Below, piece by piece: positions 18,660 through 29,906 of a DNA stretch of 64,000 bases. The position numbers and the translations under genes were made by a program. This stretch comes from a virus. The first letter of the stretch is position 1, and every line of letters begins with the position of its first letter. The notes under the pieces were generated by a model. That model saw only the letters and a program-made list of their open reading frames with translations. It did not search any database and was not told the DNA's origin. The DNA lies in the IMG/VR virus record IMGVR_UViG_3300001450_010303, positions 41,275 to 105,274 of that record. The stretch is one strand, 5' to 3'.

Positions 18660-21600
18660 ATGGCGAATGAATCAAAATTTTTAAAATGGCAAGACGAAGA
18701 TCACGATGGCCTTATAGATGTATGTGATGATGTAGTTGATGTTGAAGCAAATAAATGCTTAAATTGCTCCCCTAATCCGACAGCCATCAAAGTAGATTGG
18801 AAAAAGAAAACAGTAGAAGAGCCGTTCTTAAATGAGAGAACATGTGAATATCAAGTAACAGTTGTCACACCCTATACAACCGTAGTTGATGAATCATTGA
18901 TAGGTTCTGAAGATGAAAGCTCTCAAGAGGTGATAGACTCTTTGAGAGACAGATATGAAGAATTTGTAGATGATGTTATTGAGTCTTTAATCGTTTTTTA
19001 CGATAAAGAAGATAGTGGAGCATCAAGAACAAAGATAAAAGAAGCAATAAAGTATAGTAAGTATTGGCTGGATCCCCGTCCCAACTCACGACTTAAACTA
19101 CTCTTTTCGGTTCCGTTCGACACACTGTTTGATATAGGCCCATATAACTCAGAAGATGAATATGAAGAGCCAAAGCCAGGAGATATCACAGTCTCCTACA
19201 ACGCCGGAGATTTATCCACAAAAATGATTAGAATCCGGAAGGGATTGAATCTTTACGGACGATACCTAAAAGTATATCGAGCTATTGATGGGGGTAATTT
19301 ATTCTTCAAGGAAGACAACAGGATCTTCAACCTCGAAGACTATGGAGACTCCACACTTTTTACAAGCTCTATCATGTCAAGCTTGATAGATTACTTAAAC
19401 TCGTACTTAGAATCAAAAGGTCTTAATCTACCGGGCGTCGGCGGCATACTATTTTTTGCTGACAAGATTACAAAATTAGAATTTAAATTTAATAATTATC
19501 AGCCACAGTCGCTAAAAGTGTGGACTGAATCTTGTGGAGAAAAGCCGCTATTTTATAATAAGAAAAGATTAAGAGGGTTTATAAAATCCCCACCTTGGAA
19601 AGATAAAACAGCAGTCGCATATTTCGTACAATTATACCAGATGGAAGCCTCGCTGTCCGCGAGATCCCAAATACCATGGGAAGAATTTGTAATACAATAC
19701 ACATATCCAACAATTTATTCTTCACTTAAAACAGAAGAGGAAGAAGAATCCAGACAGGTGATGGGTTGTATAGGCGAAGCGCTAGAACAAGAAGCAAAAG
19801 AACTTGGTCAAGATATCTTAGATGAAGTGTTCGACCTCGGAGACGCCGTCGCCTATAAATTCAGAAAGAGTATATGCCAATCAGAAAATTCAGAATCGAG
19901 ACAAGATGAAATAAATGTTGGTTTAATATATGATCCAGACACCAATACCAGACAAAACATCTTTGCCATGGCCCAAATGCAGGCACTTAAGGAGCTAGAC
20001 GAAAGCGATCAAATATTCACACAAATGTGCGCTAGAATTCTATCGTCCATGACTCCCTTTGGTTCAGCGCAGAAGAAGATGGATCAAATGTGGGAGTTTG
20101 GGTTCGAAAGAATAAAGGCATGCGGACTTCTTGATTTGTTACTGGATGCTATCAAATGTTTGATGGGAGGTCTTACGTTTGAAGAAGCTATGGCTAGCAT
20201 GATCAAGAGCGCCCTTAAAGCAATGTCGATCGAAAACTTCGGAGATTTATTTGTAGGAATCCCTCCCGAAAAACAAAATGAACTCGACGCGTTAGTTAAA
20301 AAGAAATTAGAGTCCGGTGATATTTTCCCAGAAGGTAGTACAAATCAGCAAATTTCAAATATAATGGCCTCTGGCACCTCATACTCTAAGCCATGGGAAA
20401 TCCAATCTGTAATAGACCAAGAAAGAAACAGTAAAAAAGAGGGCGCGTATGAGGGCTCAGTAGCCCCGCCAGCCTCTTATTCAAAAGAAGCAGCGGAGGC
20501 ATCAACCGCGACCAGAAGAACACTGGCTCAACAGTTTGATGTAGCCGGCAACGCCGAAGACGAATTATCACCTGATATCGTTATGGAAGCATATGTAATG
20601 GCACTGATAGAGGTATATTCTGACAATCTGTTAGCATTGGTGGATGAGCTTAACAAATTCCCGGGCGCGCAAATAATAGCCGGAATAATAGCAATGTTGG
20701 ATTGCCCTATGCCGCCTCTGTTTAATCCCGATCTGCTTAGCTTTATTAAAGATATCGAGCTACCGTTTTGTCGTGATCTGTCAGAGATTAGAACGATTAG
20801 AATGGAAAACCCATTTACTTGGATCCCAAAAATAAAAGATATAATGAACGCGCTGTGGGAAGCAATAAAATTTGCTGTACAGCAGCTTATTATGGCAATT
20901 GTTTTAAAATTGATGGTTAAAATATGTCAGATAATTGGAGACGCAATCTGTAAGGCGTTAGAAACAACAGGCAAATTAGCCGCCGCCGTACCGGCGGTGT
21001 TACAAGGAAGCACCACTTTTAAGGAAGTTGTAGGAGACGCTATCTGCGGACCATTAGCCGATGACGCACAAGTAGAAGATACTATGGTTGAAATGATGGC
21101 CTCTATGGGAGCCGGATCAGCCGCCTTAGCCAATCGAGATCAAGTATTAAGATTCACAGAAGATTTATCTTCCTCTACCACAAGGGCAGAGCTGATAGAA
21201 GGTTTTCTCGGAAATCCATCACAGGATTTGATAGATATCGGGACGCAACTTCTGGAGTTTGAATATCCAGAATTGGGCGAAGCTATGCCCACCCCACAAT
21301 CATTTGGAAGATTTATCACCAACGTTGGTAATGTAATGCCGGGCGATTTTAAAAAACAACTAAGAGAAATGTTAGATGAATCCCCGGAACTTGAAGGCCT
21401 TCCAGCAAACCCCACATTATGTGCAACTCAAGAGCAGATAGACAACTTTAATGAGTTGCGCTGTACCCTATTAGACGGCCGCGCTACAAAAGAACAATGC
21501 GAACAGATGTTAGCTGATAATAAGAGTGATCTGTTAGATGATTTATCATCTCTTGGGGATGTGCTCCAGGGCGGCATACCAAACTATATCAACAGTAACA

Positions 21601-24600
21601 TGCCACCAATAATCTCGCAACCTGGATGTGATGATGGAATATTCCCACACATGCCAGAGGCATTAAAGTCTGCCGGTAGCCAAGTTCTTAAGAATGATTT
21701 GGAGATGCTTAAAATAGACTTTGCCAAGGACATGTTAGGAAATGGCGGCCTTTTTGCCGGCGATGACGATTGGGGATTTATGAATATGGTATTATCGGAT
21801 ACTGAAGGAAACCCCTTGACCGCTCATTGGAGGAAAGCACATAATAATAATGATTATGTAAACTTTGCAACAAATGCGTCCAACGGCGGTTCTGCCTCTC
21901 AAGGATTTTGGGCATCATTTCAAAAAAATAAATCATTCCCACAACAACACGGACAGTTCCCAACGTACGTGGGTTCATGGTTAATGCGCCAATTCTTGGT
22001 CGCCGGCGAAAGTGATAACATGCCTCCAGCCGACTGCGGGGAAGGGCCAGACTCTGCAATGACAATGGCCTATGCGACCGATCTGTCAAGCGGTTTAGAA
22101 TTTAATTCCAAAAATGATATTTCAACTGCGCGAATATTTAAAAAGAGCTTTTCAGACTTAGGGTTTGATATGTTTTTTGGTGGTGGTATAGATCTCTTCA
22201 TGCTTCCTGATTTTGGTTATAACACAACATACGATACAAATTTAGTAACTGAACAGGTGATCATAACACGCGAACCACGCAAAGCAAACCCTGACATTTC
22301 TTTAAAATATAGAGACAATGCGGCAGGGTACCGCTCTTCGCCCAGATCTGATGATCGTACCTCCAACCCTAACTATAGTTATGGGTTTAACGTTAATCTA
22401 TACATATCTGATATAGCTGAGGTTCAAGAAGAATACGAATACCGCGTACGAGAATTAACACCAGAGGAAATGGAAGAATTTAGTGTGGGGGATCCATCGG
22501 ATCTAGGAATAACTGCAATTGCAACCCGCGGCACCGGGGTCTATGCAAACCGACCAGATGATAGCGCGCGAATAAAAATAACCGAGTATATCAACCAAAG
22601 GGCCGCGGTACAATCGCCAGAATCAGAATTAATTACACAGGAACCATGGATCCAGGAAGTCATCCCAGTACCAGACTGGTTAGGTAATATACCGGTTGTA
22701 GGCTGGGCCATGGCTGGCCTACTATCACTTATCAACGTTAGTTTTTCGTTATTATCAGTGCTGGCCGGGGCGATCTTACCAAGCTTCGAAGAAAAACAAA
22801 TTATTAAAAATAGAAGATATGAATTTTTATCTGTTGATGATGGGTTAGAAGACATCGACATGTCGCTATATCCAAATTTTGGTGCGTGCTTCGAACAAAC
22901 CCGCGAATATATCCCACAAGTATCATTATTATCAGAGATGGTATCTAATAGCCCATCATCTGGCACTCTCTATGAATCAGACGCAAAAAACGAGCATGAT
23001 TTATGGATGACCAAATTTTTTAAAATGTTTTCCAAAGAAATCGGCGAGAACCTATCCGGATGGAAATACGGCGCCCAATACGACTCTCTTACAGCGGCCG
23101 ATGCTGAGTACTTAATTCCAGAAGGCCAGAAAGATCAAGGAAGCTTATATTCAGAAGGCGAACCAATTTGGGATGATGAACTTAATCCCCCCGGTTACCG
23201 CGAAGCAGAAAACGATGATATGTTAATGGGGGTCAGCCGAGATCAATATAGAAGAGGAGAAGATGCAAGAGTAATGTATCTTGATCCAAATAAATACGGT
23301 GGATCACATACTCGCCCACCAATATATGTTAAACCACTTAAATATGATGGCTGGTTAGGATTAGTAAATGCGCTGTTTCCTGAATATACACCGTGTAAGC
23401 CACACAACACCGATATAATTGATTTTGGAGAAATACAAGACAGGATAACGGACTTATACTCTAAAATACCTGATGATCCAAGATTAAAATCAGATCCAGA
23501 ATGCGCTGTTGAAGTACCATACAATAGAATTCTAGACCGCCCAGCCCGGGCAGGCATGGCAGGTATTATTGAAACTGCGATTCGAATATACGCGACTGTA
23601 CATTTTTTCAAATCGATCGCAACCTTCTCTAAAATAATGCCTAAGTTCCCTGATAACTTTAGTTCATTATACTCTTCCTATATTGTAGAGGTAATGGAAG
23701 AGTCCTTTAAAGACGCCCAATCGGGATTTTGGGAGTTCTTTACACCGTTCAAAGACGAAGAGTTTTGGTATGCATTCTTGGAACAATCAGTCCAATACTA
23801 TGCTTGGCGCGTTGATCAAGATGAGATTGTGGCGCCCAACAGTGTTTTGGCAGCATTGGGTAGATTAAATAATGTTCAAGAGCACTACAATTTTCCATGG
23901 CTAGCCGACCTATGGCACGCCAAAGAAGTTGATGAAGCAGGAGAACTACAAACACTTAAAGGCTACAGACAAGATAAGAATCTAGAAACGGTCAAGGTAT
24001 CAGAAGAGGATGCAAAGTTAGTACTAAAAGAATTAGTAAATGAACAGCTAACAATGATGGGACAGAGGCTAATAAAGAATCTTGAATCACAAGGATTTAC
24101 TCCGGAGATTTTTGATCTAGACCTCTGGCTATTCTCTAATATGTGCTCTGGTGGAGAAAGTTTAGTATTCTATAGTCCAGATTTTATTGAACAAAACGTA
24201 GGATTACCAACAGAAGGCTCAGAACACTATACACCCGGAGGCCAATTTAGAATTGCAATTGCAAACGATCCAGATAGTTTAGGATTAGGCTCCGAATATG
24301 TTGGGTATTTTCATGTTCGCGAAAATGAATCCGGAGAGACAGAATATATGTCAGGCGAACACCATACTGGAGAGCCGCACGATGTCTTGAGGCCAATAGC
24401 AAACTTGATTGAGGTCGGAACAAATAAAAGAGAAGAAGTAACTGAGGCTGATGAATCGGGTGACTACTCTAAAACAACAGAGGAGTGGGTAGGTTTCGGT
24501 GACGTGGCAGAATATGGAACAGCATCCTCCGGCGCCGAAAACCCATTCACGATAGAAAAATACATTAGTATTGATGGTAGTAAATATGACACCGCGACCG

Positions 24601-25640
24601 CGATTGCAGCAATAACTGCAAACCCCCCGGGCCTATTGCTGTCAGAGGTGTATCCTGGAAGCCTTAAAGAAGTAATGAGTGAGCCAACCGAACCAGGCCA
24701 CGTGCCAGAAGTAGTTGGTATAGAAGGAGCCTTGGGAGTTAGATATGGAATTCAATTTAGTTATAATTCCCCATCGGCCGGAAGAGTTCCAATAACTAGT
24801 GTAGAGGTAGATGCCTTAGACTTGCCGGTAGAGGCGGTTGCGCCACTGACAGCAAACAGTCATAATTTATTATGTCTTCTTAAGAAACTAAAAGAGGACC
24901 AAAAATATAAATTGATGGTTAAATACATATTCCCGATTCCAAAAGTGATATCGACCTTAGCTATTTATAATGATATGGGTTTCATATCATCTATTGGAGA
25001 AGTGACTGTTGGCGCCGGAGATCACCACAAACAAGTTAAATTATCTGATCCCAATGATCCCATGGCTGGATCCATCCCCATGTTCTTGGACAACAATGTA
25101 CCATCGAAAGGAGGAGATGACGCCACCACCTGGCCGGACGGGAAACCCCCATGGGAGACCTTCTTTGCAAATGAGACCATTCGCCAAAAACCAGGGTCAG
25201 TCGCTTTTGTAAAAACAGAAACGTCGACCGACCCCGGCGGTACGATGAAAAGCCCATGGACCGGAAAAGAACTCACAGGGTTGCCAGAGGTTAAATTTCA
25301 AGGATTAGAAGCGAGAGGCAATGAAGGTTGGCAATCTTGGATGGATCGGCAGCCCGGCCTCTTAGGAGGAATGTTTGTGTTAGAGTTCGATAGTTGGGAT
25401 CGAATACTGTTACGAAATTCAAAGTCTAGAATTAAAAAGATCTTTAGGTCATATTACAATTCAAGACACTTCACCCCAGGCGATGATTTAGGTGGCAACG
25501 CAGCCAACCTATTCATTAAAAATCTTAAAGCCCGTATAATACCATCTCCAGGTAAGGGTATCTTATCTTGGTTCCAGCGCGGCCGCTTGCGTCCAAATCC
25601 ATATAATGCCGAAGGTAAATTGTGTGATAAAAGTGACTAA
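18660..25640 (+). CDS. 2326-aa putative virion structural protein
   Basis: Long acidic ORF immediately upstream of gp25/gp6; helical and hydrophobic segments. Confidence 0.55.
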   Translation: MANESKFLKWQDEDHDGLIDVCDDVVDVEANKCLNCSPNPTAIKVDWKKKTVEEPFLNERTCEYQVTVVTPYTTVVDESLIGSEDESSQEVIDSLRDRYEEFVDDVIESLIVFYDKEDSGASRTKIKEAIKYSKYWLDPRPNSRLKLLFSVPFDTLFDIGPYNSEDEYEEPKPGDITVSYNAGDLSTKMIRIRKGLNLYGRYLKVYRAIDGGNLFFKEDNRIFNLEDYGDSTLFTSSIMSSLIDYLNSYLESKGLNLPGVGGILFFADKITKLEFKFNNYQPQSLKVWTESCGEKPLFYNKKRLRGFIKSPPWKDKTAVAYFVQLYQMEASLSARSQIPWEEFVIQYTYPTIYSSLKTEEEEESRQVMGCIGEALEQEAKELGQDILDEVFDLGDAVAYKFRKSICQSENSESRQDEINVGLIYDPDTNTRQNIFAMAQMQALKELDESDQIFTQMCARILSSMTPFGSAQKKMDQMWEFGFERIKACGLLDLLLDAIKCLMGGLTFEEAMASMIKSALKAMSIENFGDLFVGIPPEKQNELDALVKKKLESGDIFPEGSTNQQISNIMASGTSYSKPWEIQSVIDQERNSKKEGAYEGSVAPPASYSKEAAEASTATRRTLAQQFDVAGNAEDELSPDIVMEAYVMALIEVYSDNLLALVDELNKFPGAQIIAGIIAMLDCPMPPLFNPDLLSFIKDIELPFCRDLSEIRTIRMENPFTWIPKIKDIMNALWEAIKFAVQQLIMAIVLKLMVKICQIIGDAICKALETTGKLAAAVPAVLQGSTTFKEVVGDAICGPLADDAQVEDTMVEMMASMGAGSAALANRDQVLRFTEDLSSSTTRAELIEGFLGNPSQDLIDIGTQLLEFEYPELGEAMPTPQSFGRFITNVGNVMPGDFKKQLREMLDESPELEGLPANPTLCATQEQIDNFNELRCTLLDGRATKEQCEQMLADNKSDLLDDLSSLGDVLQGGIPNYINSNMPPIISQPGCDDGIFPHMPEALKSAGSQVLKNDLEMLKIDFAKDMLGNGGLFAGDDDWGFMNMVLSDTEGNPLTAHWRKAHNNNDYVNFATNASNGGSASQGFWASFQKNKSFPQQHGQFPTYVGSWLMRQFLVAGESDNMPPADCGEGPDSAMTMAYATDLSSGLEFNSKNDISTARIFKKSFSDLGFDMFFGGGIDLFMLPDFGYNTTYDTNLVTEQVIITREPRKANPDISLKYRDNAAGYRSSPRSDDRTSNPNYSYGFNVNLYISDIAEVQEEYEYRVRELTPEEMEEFSVGDPSDLGITAIATRGTGVYANRPDDSARIKITEYINQRAAVQSPESELITQEPWIQEVIPVPDWLGNIPVVGWAMAGLLSLINVSFSLLSVLAGAILPSFEEKQIIKNRRYEFLSVDDGLEDIDMSLYPNFGACFEQTREYIPQVSLLSEMVSNSPSSGTLYESDAKNEHDLWMTKFFKMFSKEIGENLSGWKYGAQYDSLTAADAEYLIPEGQKDQGSLYSEGEPIWDDELNPPGYREAENDDMLMGVSRDQYRRGEDARVMYLDPNKYGGSHTRPPIYVKPLKYDGWLGLVNALFPEYTPCKPHNTDIIDFGEIQDRITDLYSKIPDDPRLKSDPECAVEVPYNRILDRPARAGMAGIIETAIRIYATVHFFKSIATFSKIMPKFPDNFSSLYSSYIVEVMEESFKDAQSGFWEFFTPFKDEEFWYAFLEQSVQYYAWRVDQDEIVAPNSVLAALGRLNNVQEHYNFPWLADLWHAKEVDEAGELQTLKGYRQDKNLETVKVSEEDAKLVLKELVNEQLTMMGQRLIKNLESQGFTPEIFDLDLWLFSNMCSGGESLVFYSPDFIEQNVGLPTEGSEHYTPGGQFRIAIANDPDSLGLGSEYVGYFHVRENESGETEYMSGEHHTGEPHDVLRPIANLIEVGTNKREEVTEADESGDYSKTTEEWVGFGDVAEYGTASSGAENPFTIEKYISIDGSKYDTATAIAAITANPPGLLLSEVYPGSLKEVMSEPTEPGHVPEVVGIEGALGVRYGIQFSYNSPSAGRVPITSVEVDALDLPVEAVAPLTANSHNLLCLLKKLKEDQKYKLMVKYIFPIPKVISTLAIYNDMGFISSIGEVTVGAGDHHKQVKLSDPNDPMAGSIPMFLDNNVPSKGGDDATTWPDGKPPWETFFANETIRQKPGSVAFVKTETSTDPGGTMKSPWTGKELTGLPEVKFQGLEARGNEGWQSWMDRQPGLLGGMFVLEFDSWDRILLRNSKSRIKKIFRSYYNSRHFTPGDDLGGNAANLFIKNLKARIIPSPGKGILSWFQRGRLRPNPYNAEGKLCDKSD

Positions 25641-25671
25641 TAGAATAATTATATAATAGGAGGGATATAAA

Positions 25672-26040
25672 ATGGCTTCAATCGGGGTAGCTTTACCGAT
25701 AACAAAGGATTCTTCAGATGGATTTACAATGCTTAAAAGCTTCAGAAAAACTATTAAGCAAAACTTCAAGATGTTAATTTTAACATCACCTGGGGAACGT
25801 GTCATGGAACCAGAATTCGGAGTAGGAATAAGAAGATTTTTGTTCGAGAACTATGATGACTCCCTCCCTTACAAGATGGAAAGCAGAATTAGAGAACAAG
25901 TAAAAATGTTTATGCCAGTTATAAGCATATCACAAGTTAATTTTGATTTTGAGCAATCTGGCCAAAACGTACTTGGATTAACTATAGTTTATAGTATTCC
26001 AACAGTTGGACCCGCTGAAATGCTACATATTACTATTTAA
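25672..26040 (+). CDS. Baseplate wedge protein, gp25/GPW family
   Basis: KQNFKMLILTSPGERVMEPEFGVGI..FLFE signature. Confidence 0.9.
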   Translation: MASIGVALPITKDSSDGFTMLKSFRKTIKQNFKMLILTSPGERVMEPEFGVGIRRFLFENYDDSLPYKMESRIREQVKMFMPVISISQVNFDFEQSGQNVLGLTIVYSIPTVGPAEMLHITI

Positions 26041-26055
26041 AAAAGGAGGATTTTT

Positions 26056-27852
26056 ATGAGTTCGGATCAAAAAAAGATAGTTCCTATCAACTATACAAAT
26101 AGAGAATTTGAAGGGATAAGGCAAGATTTATTAGAATTGGCCGAGCGCCTATATCCCGATTCTTTTCAAGATTTTAGTGAAGCTTCCTTTGGATCGCTAA
26201 TGATAGATTCCGTAGCGTATGTCGGTGATCAGCTATCATTTTACATGGATTACAATATTAATGAATCCTTTTTGGATACGGCATATCAATATAACAATGT
26301 ATTAAGAATGGGCCGTACAATGGGGTACAAGCATACTGGACGCCCATCAACCTATGGTACCGCCGCCATCTTTGTAATAGTCCCAGCTAGCCCAACCGGT
26401 ATTGGTCCAGATACAAATTATATTCCGGTCCTAAAAAGAGGCACCAGATTTTCATCTGATAATAATCTTAACTTTGTATTATTAGAGAATATAGATTTTT
26501 CTGATCCTAAAAATCCAGTAGTGGTGGCCAAAGTTAATACCACAACCGGCGCCCCAACATCCTTCGCAATAAAATCATATGGTAATGTGGTATCAGGATA
26601 TTTTAGTCGCACTGATGTAGTTGTTGGCGCCTACGAAAGATTTAAGAGAATTAAACTTCCTATTCCTGAATTGGCAGAAATAATATCTGTCTTTGACTCC
26701 CAAGGAAATGAGTTTTACGAAGTAGATTATCTATCCCAAGACATGATATTTAAGGAAGTAACAAATAAAAATTATAAAAACGACAACGTTCCATCAATTT
26801 TAAAGCCATTTTTGGTTTCTAGAAAGTTTATAGTAGAGAGAGACAGAAATAATGCTTATTTACAATTTGGCTCAGGGCAAATAGGTGACAGTGAGATAGT
26901 CGCTGACCCACAAACCGTCGTTATGGAGATCTTCGGAAAAAACTATACATCTGATACAACTTTTGATCCTACAAGGTTATCAAAAAATAAAAGTTTAGGA
27001 ATAGTTCCTTCAAATACAACGCTATCAATCTCTTATCGTGTTACTAACCCTTCAAATTCAAATGTAGCTGTCGGATCATTAAACAGGGTTGGAAATGCTT
27101 TGTTCGATTTTGAAGATCGCTCGATTCTCAATAGCACCGAGATGGGAAATGTAATAGCCTCTCTTGAAATATCGAACGAAGAGCCAATTACAGGAGACGT
27201 TACAAACGCAAATACTTCTGAGATAAAAAGAAGAATATTTGATACCTTCCCAACACAAAACAGAGCGGTCACCCAAGCTGATTATGAAAATTTGAGTTAT
27301 AGAATGCCAGCGAAGTTTGGGTCTATAAAAAGAGTATCAGCGCAGAGAGATCCAGATTCCAAGAAAAGGAATCTCAATATGTATGTGATTTCAGAGGATA
27401 GCTTTGGAAAATTGGTCAGCACCAACAAAACAATTAAAAATAATTTAAAAACTTGGCTAAATCAGCATAGAATGATAAACGATACTTTAGATATAATCGA
27501 TCCCTATATTATTAATTATGGAATTGAGTTTATAATTAAACCATCCTCCGGCGCAGATAAATATATAACTTTAAATTCAGCGGTAGAAGCTTTAAAAGAA
27601 AGATTTAAGGCTCCAATGTATATTGGGGAACCAATCTATATAAGTGATATATATTCAACACTTAAAGAGTCTCCGGGAGTATTAGATGTTATAAAAGTCA
27701 GGCTCATAAATAAAACGGGCACGAACTATTCAAACGCTAATATAGATATAAATAAAAATCTTTCTCCCAACGGAGATTACTTGATAATACCAAAGAACGC
27801 AATCGCCGAAATGAAGTATCCAGAGAGTGATATCCAAGGAAAAATTAGATAA
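26056..27852 (+). CDS. Baseplate wedge protein, T4 gp6/baseplate-J-like
   Basis: YTNREFE.IRQDL, DFSEASFG..MID..AYVGD.LSFY.D...NESFLDTA, LQFG.G, QNRAVT..DYE. Confidence 0.85.
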   Translation: MSSDQKKIVPINYTNREFEGIRQDLLELAERLYPDSFQDFSEASFGSLMIDSVAYVGDQLSFYMDYNINESFLDTAYQYNNVLRMGRTMGYKHTGRPSTYGTAAIFVIVPASPTGIGPDTNYIPVLKRGTRFSSDNNLNFVLLENIDFSDPKNPVVVAKVNTTTGAPTSFAIKSYGNVVSGYFSRTDVVVGAYERFKRIKLPIPELAEIISVFDSQGNEFYEVDYLSQDMIFKEVTNKNYKNDNVPSILKPFLVSRKFIVERDRNNAYLQFGSGQIGDSEIVADPQTVVMEIFGKNYTSDTTFDPTRLSKNKSLGIVPSNTTLSISYRVTNPSNSNVAVGSLNRVGNALFDFEDRSILNSTEMGNVIASLEISNEEPITGDVTNANTSEIKRRIFDTFPTQNRAVTQADYENLSYRMPAKFGSIKRVSAQRDPDSKKRNLNMYVISEDSFGKLVSTNKTIKNNLKTWLNQHRMINDTLDIIDPYIINYGIEFIIKPSSGADKYITLNSAVEALKERFKAPMYIGEPIYISDIYSTLKESPGVLDVIKVRLINKTGTNYSNANIDINKNLSPNGDYLIIPKNAIAEMKYPESDIQGKIR

Positions 27853-29906
27853 TGGCTATTAAAAAATACTATGCGATTGCTGATAACACAATTACAAACG
27901 CTTACAAACTAAATTTATCTACGAGAGCAACCGGCGCCAACGCCGGCGCCGCAGATATTATGGAGATCTATTCAATTTATGGCCGCCAATCTACATCTTC
28001 GGCTGAGATCTCCAGAGCACTGATTAAGTTCCCTGTATCCGAGATAACATCAGATCGAAGCAATTCAAAGATTCCAGCATCCGGAAGTGTAAAATTCTAT
28101 TTAAAGCTCCATAATGCAGAACACTCTAAGACTGTACCAACGGGCAGTTTTACAATTGTGGCAGAACCAATCTCAGCGGATTGGGAAGAGGGCTACGGCC
28201 TGGATCTTGAGGCATACAAAGATATTACCAATGGGAATAAGGGCTCAAACTGGATCGCCAGAAAGGGCGAAGGCTTACAAGAAATCACTAAGGTGACTTT
28301 CACATCGACGAACAAAGCACATTACGCAGCCGGCGCCGGCGCAAACTACATAATAGCATATAATGGTAATAGGGCTTATAATCTGTGGTTCAACAACGGA
28401 TCTGATTCCGCACCATCAGCCGATGGCGCAGAAGTAGAAGTTGATATAAGTTCTGCTGGATCGAGCACTGCTGCAGTTGCTTCAGAATTTCAATCGACAA
28501 CTAATGCTTTGGCCGCGTTTGATTCAAACGTTGACCCGACAAATTCTGCAATAGTATATCTATCATCAAGCCTCGAAGGCGGCCACACAGACACATCAGT
28601 TGAGGGAACTATATCCGGTATAACTTTGGCAGTTCAGCAAGATGGAAACAACGAGATACCATGGACAAAAGTTGGTGGAGATTACATTACAACTGCAAAC
28701 GCTGCATATCCTTATCGCTGGTTTAGTCAAAGCTTCACTTCTGGGCTGGAAGACATAGAAATTGATATTACTCAAATGGTGGAGTTGTGGTCCGCTGGTA
28801 CGGTTGATAATTATGGACTTGGAGTGCATCTTTCTGGAGCCTTCGAACCATATTTCTCAACCGATTTTGATCCAACATACAGTGGATATATACAGAATAC
28901 AACCGGTTCAACGGTTTCATATTACACAAAGAGACTCTTTGCAAGGGGCTCACAATACTTTTATAAGCGCCCAGCCATCGAAGCTAGGTGGGATTCTAGC
29001 AAGAAAGACGATCGCGGCAATATATTTTACAGCAGTTCTCTAGCTGGCGTTAATGATAACCTGAATACTTTGTTTTTATACAATTACGTCCGCGGCCAAC
29101 TGGCTAATATCCCCTCAATTGGCACAGATGCAATATACGTGAGCTTTTATTCTGGGTCCGCGGACAACTCGGTACCTACTGGTAGCCTACAGACGTCTTC
29201 ATACACCCCAAACCCCCCGGGCGCCCACTCACGCGCAGCCATAGAACTTCCAACTACTCTCCCTTATCAATGGGTTGTCGACGATGATAGTCCAGACCCA
29301 CCAATCAGTACAAACCCGTATGTTGTGACCGGCGCTTGGGTATCAACCGGCATTTATAGTGCTTCTTTCGCCATAACAGGCGCCACAAACCCTCTTACGA
29401 AGATATTCGATGTCTGGCACGATGGAACAGGCAAGAACCACCCATGGGCAAGTGTGGAGTTCGCAACCTCCTCGTTCGAGCCACTCAACATGAGTGCTTC
29501 TTACTCTATGGCTGAGCCCACGTATCATCTTAAAATAACTAACCTTAAAGACAGTTATAGTTCAAGTGAAAATGCACGTTTTAACTTATTTATTAGAGAA
29601 AAGAATTGGAAACCAACAATTTATACAACTTCCAAAACAACCATAAAAAGTAAATCGATGTTGAGTGCTTCGTATAGAGTATTTAGAACGATCGATGCCC
29701 ACGAAGCTATCCCATATGGAACAGGAAGCAATCTACACACCATGATGTCTTATGATAATATGGGAAATTACTTCGATGTAGATATGAGTTTATTAGAGCC
29801 TGGGTATGCATATGCCTTTAAGTTCTCATTCTATGATAGTTCGTTGAGTAGCTGGATAGAACAACCACAGACCTTTAAATTTAGAGTAGAGAATTATGAG
29901 CATTAA
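27852..29906 (+). CDS. Putative baseplate/tail structural protein
   Basis: Coupled to gp6 by TAATG; beta-rich and Ser/Thr/Gly-rich; SRALIKF, WEEG.G, EIDITQMVE.W segments. Confidence 0.55.
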   Translation: MAIKKYYAIADNTITNAYKLNLSTRATGANAGAADIMEIYSIYGRQSTSSAEISRALIKFPVSEITSDRSNSKIPASGSVKFYLKLHNAEHSKTVPTGSFTIVAEPISADWEEGYGLDLEAYKDITNGNKGSNWIARKGEGLQEITKVTFTSTNKAHYAAGAGANYIIAYNGNRAYNLWFNNGSDSAPSADGAEVEVDISSAGSSTAAVASEFQSTTNALAAFDSNVDPTNSAIVYLSSSLEGGHTDTSVEGTISGITLAVQQDGNNEIPWTKVGGDYITTANAAYPYRWFSQSFTSGLEDIEIDITQMVELWSAGTVDNYGLGVHLSGAFEPYFSTDFDPTYSGYIQNTTGSTVSYYTKRLFARGSQYFYKRPAIEARWDSSKKDDRGNIFYSSSLAGVNDNLNTLFLYNYVRGQLANIPSIGTDAIYVSFYSGSADNSVPTGSLQTSSYTPNPPGAHSRAAIELPTTLPYQWVVDDDSPDPPISTNPYVVTGAWVSTGIYSASFAITGATNPLTKIFDVWHDGTGKNHPWASVEFATSSFEPLNMSASYSMAEPTYHLKITNLKDSYSSSENARFNLFIREKNWKPTIYTTSKTTIKSKSMLSASYRVFRTIDAHEAIPYGTGSNLHTMMSYDNMGNYFDVDMSLLEPGYAYAFKFSFYDSSLSSWIEQPQTFKFRVENYEH

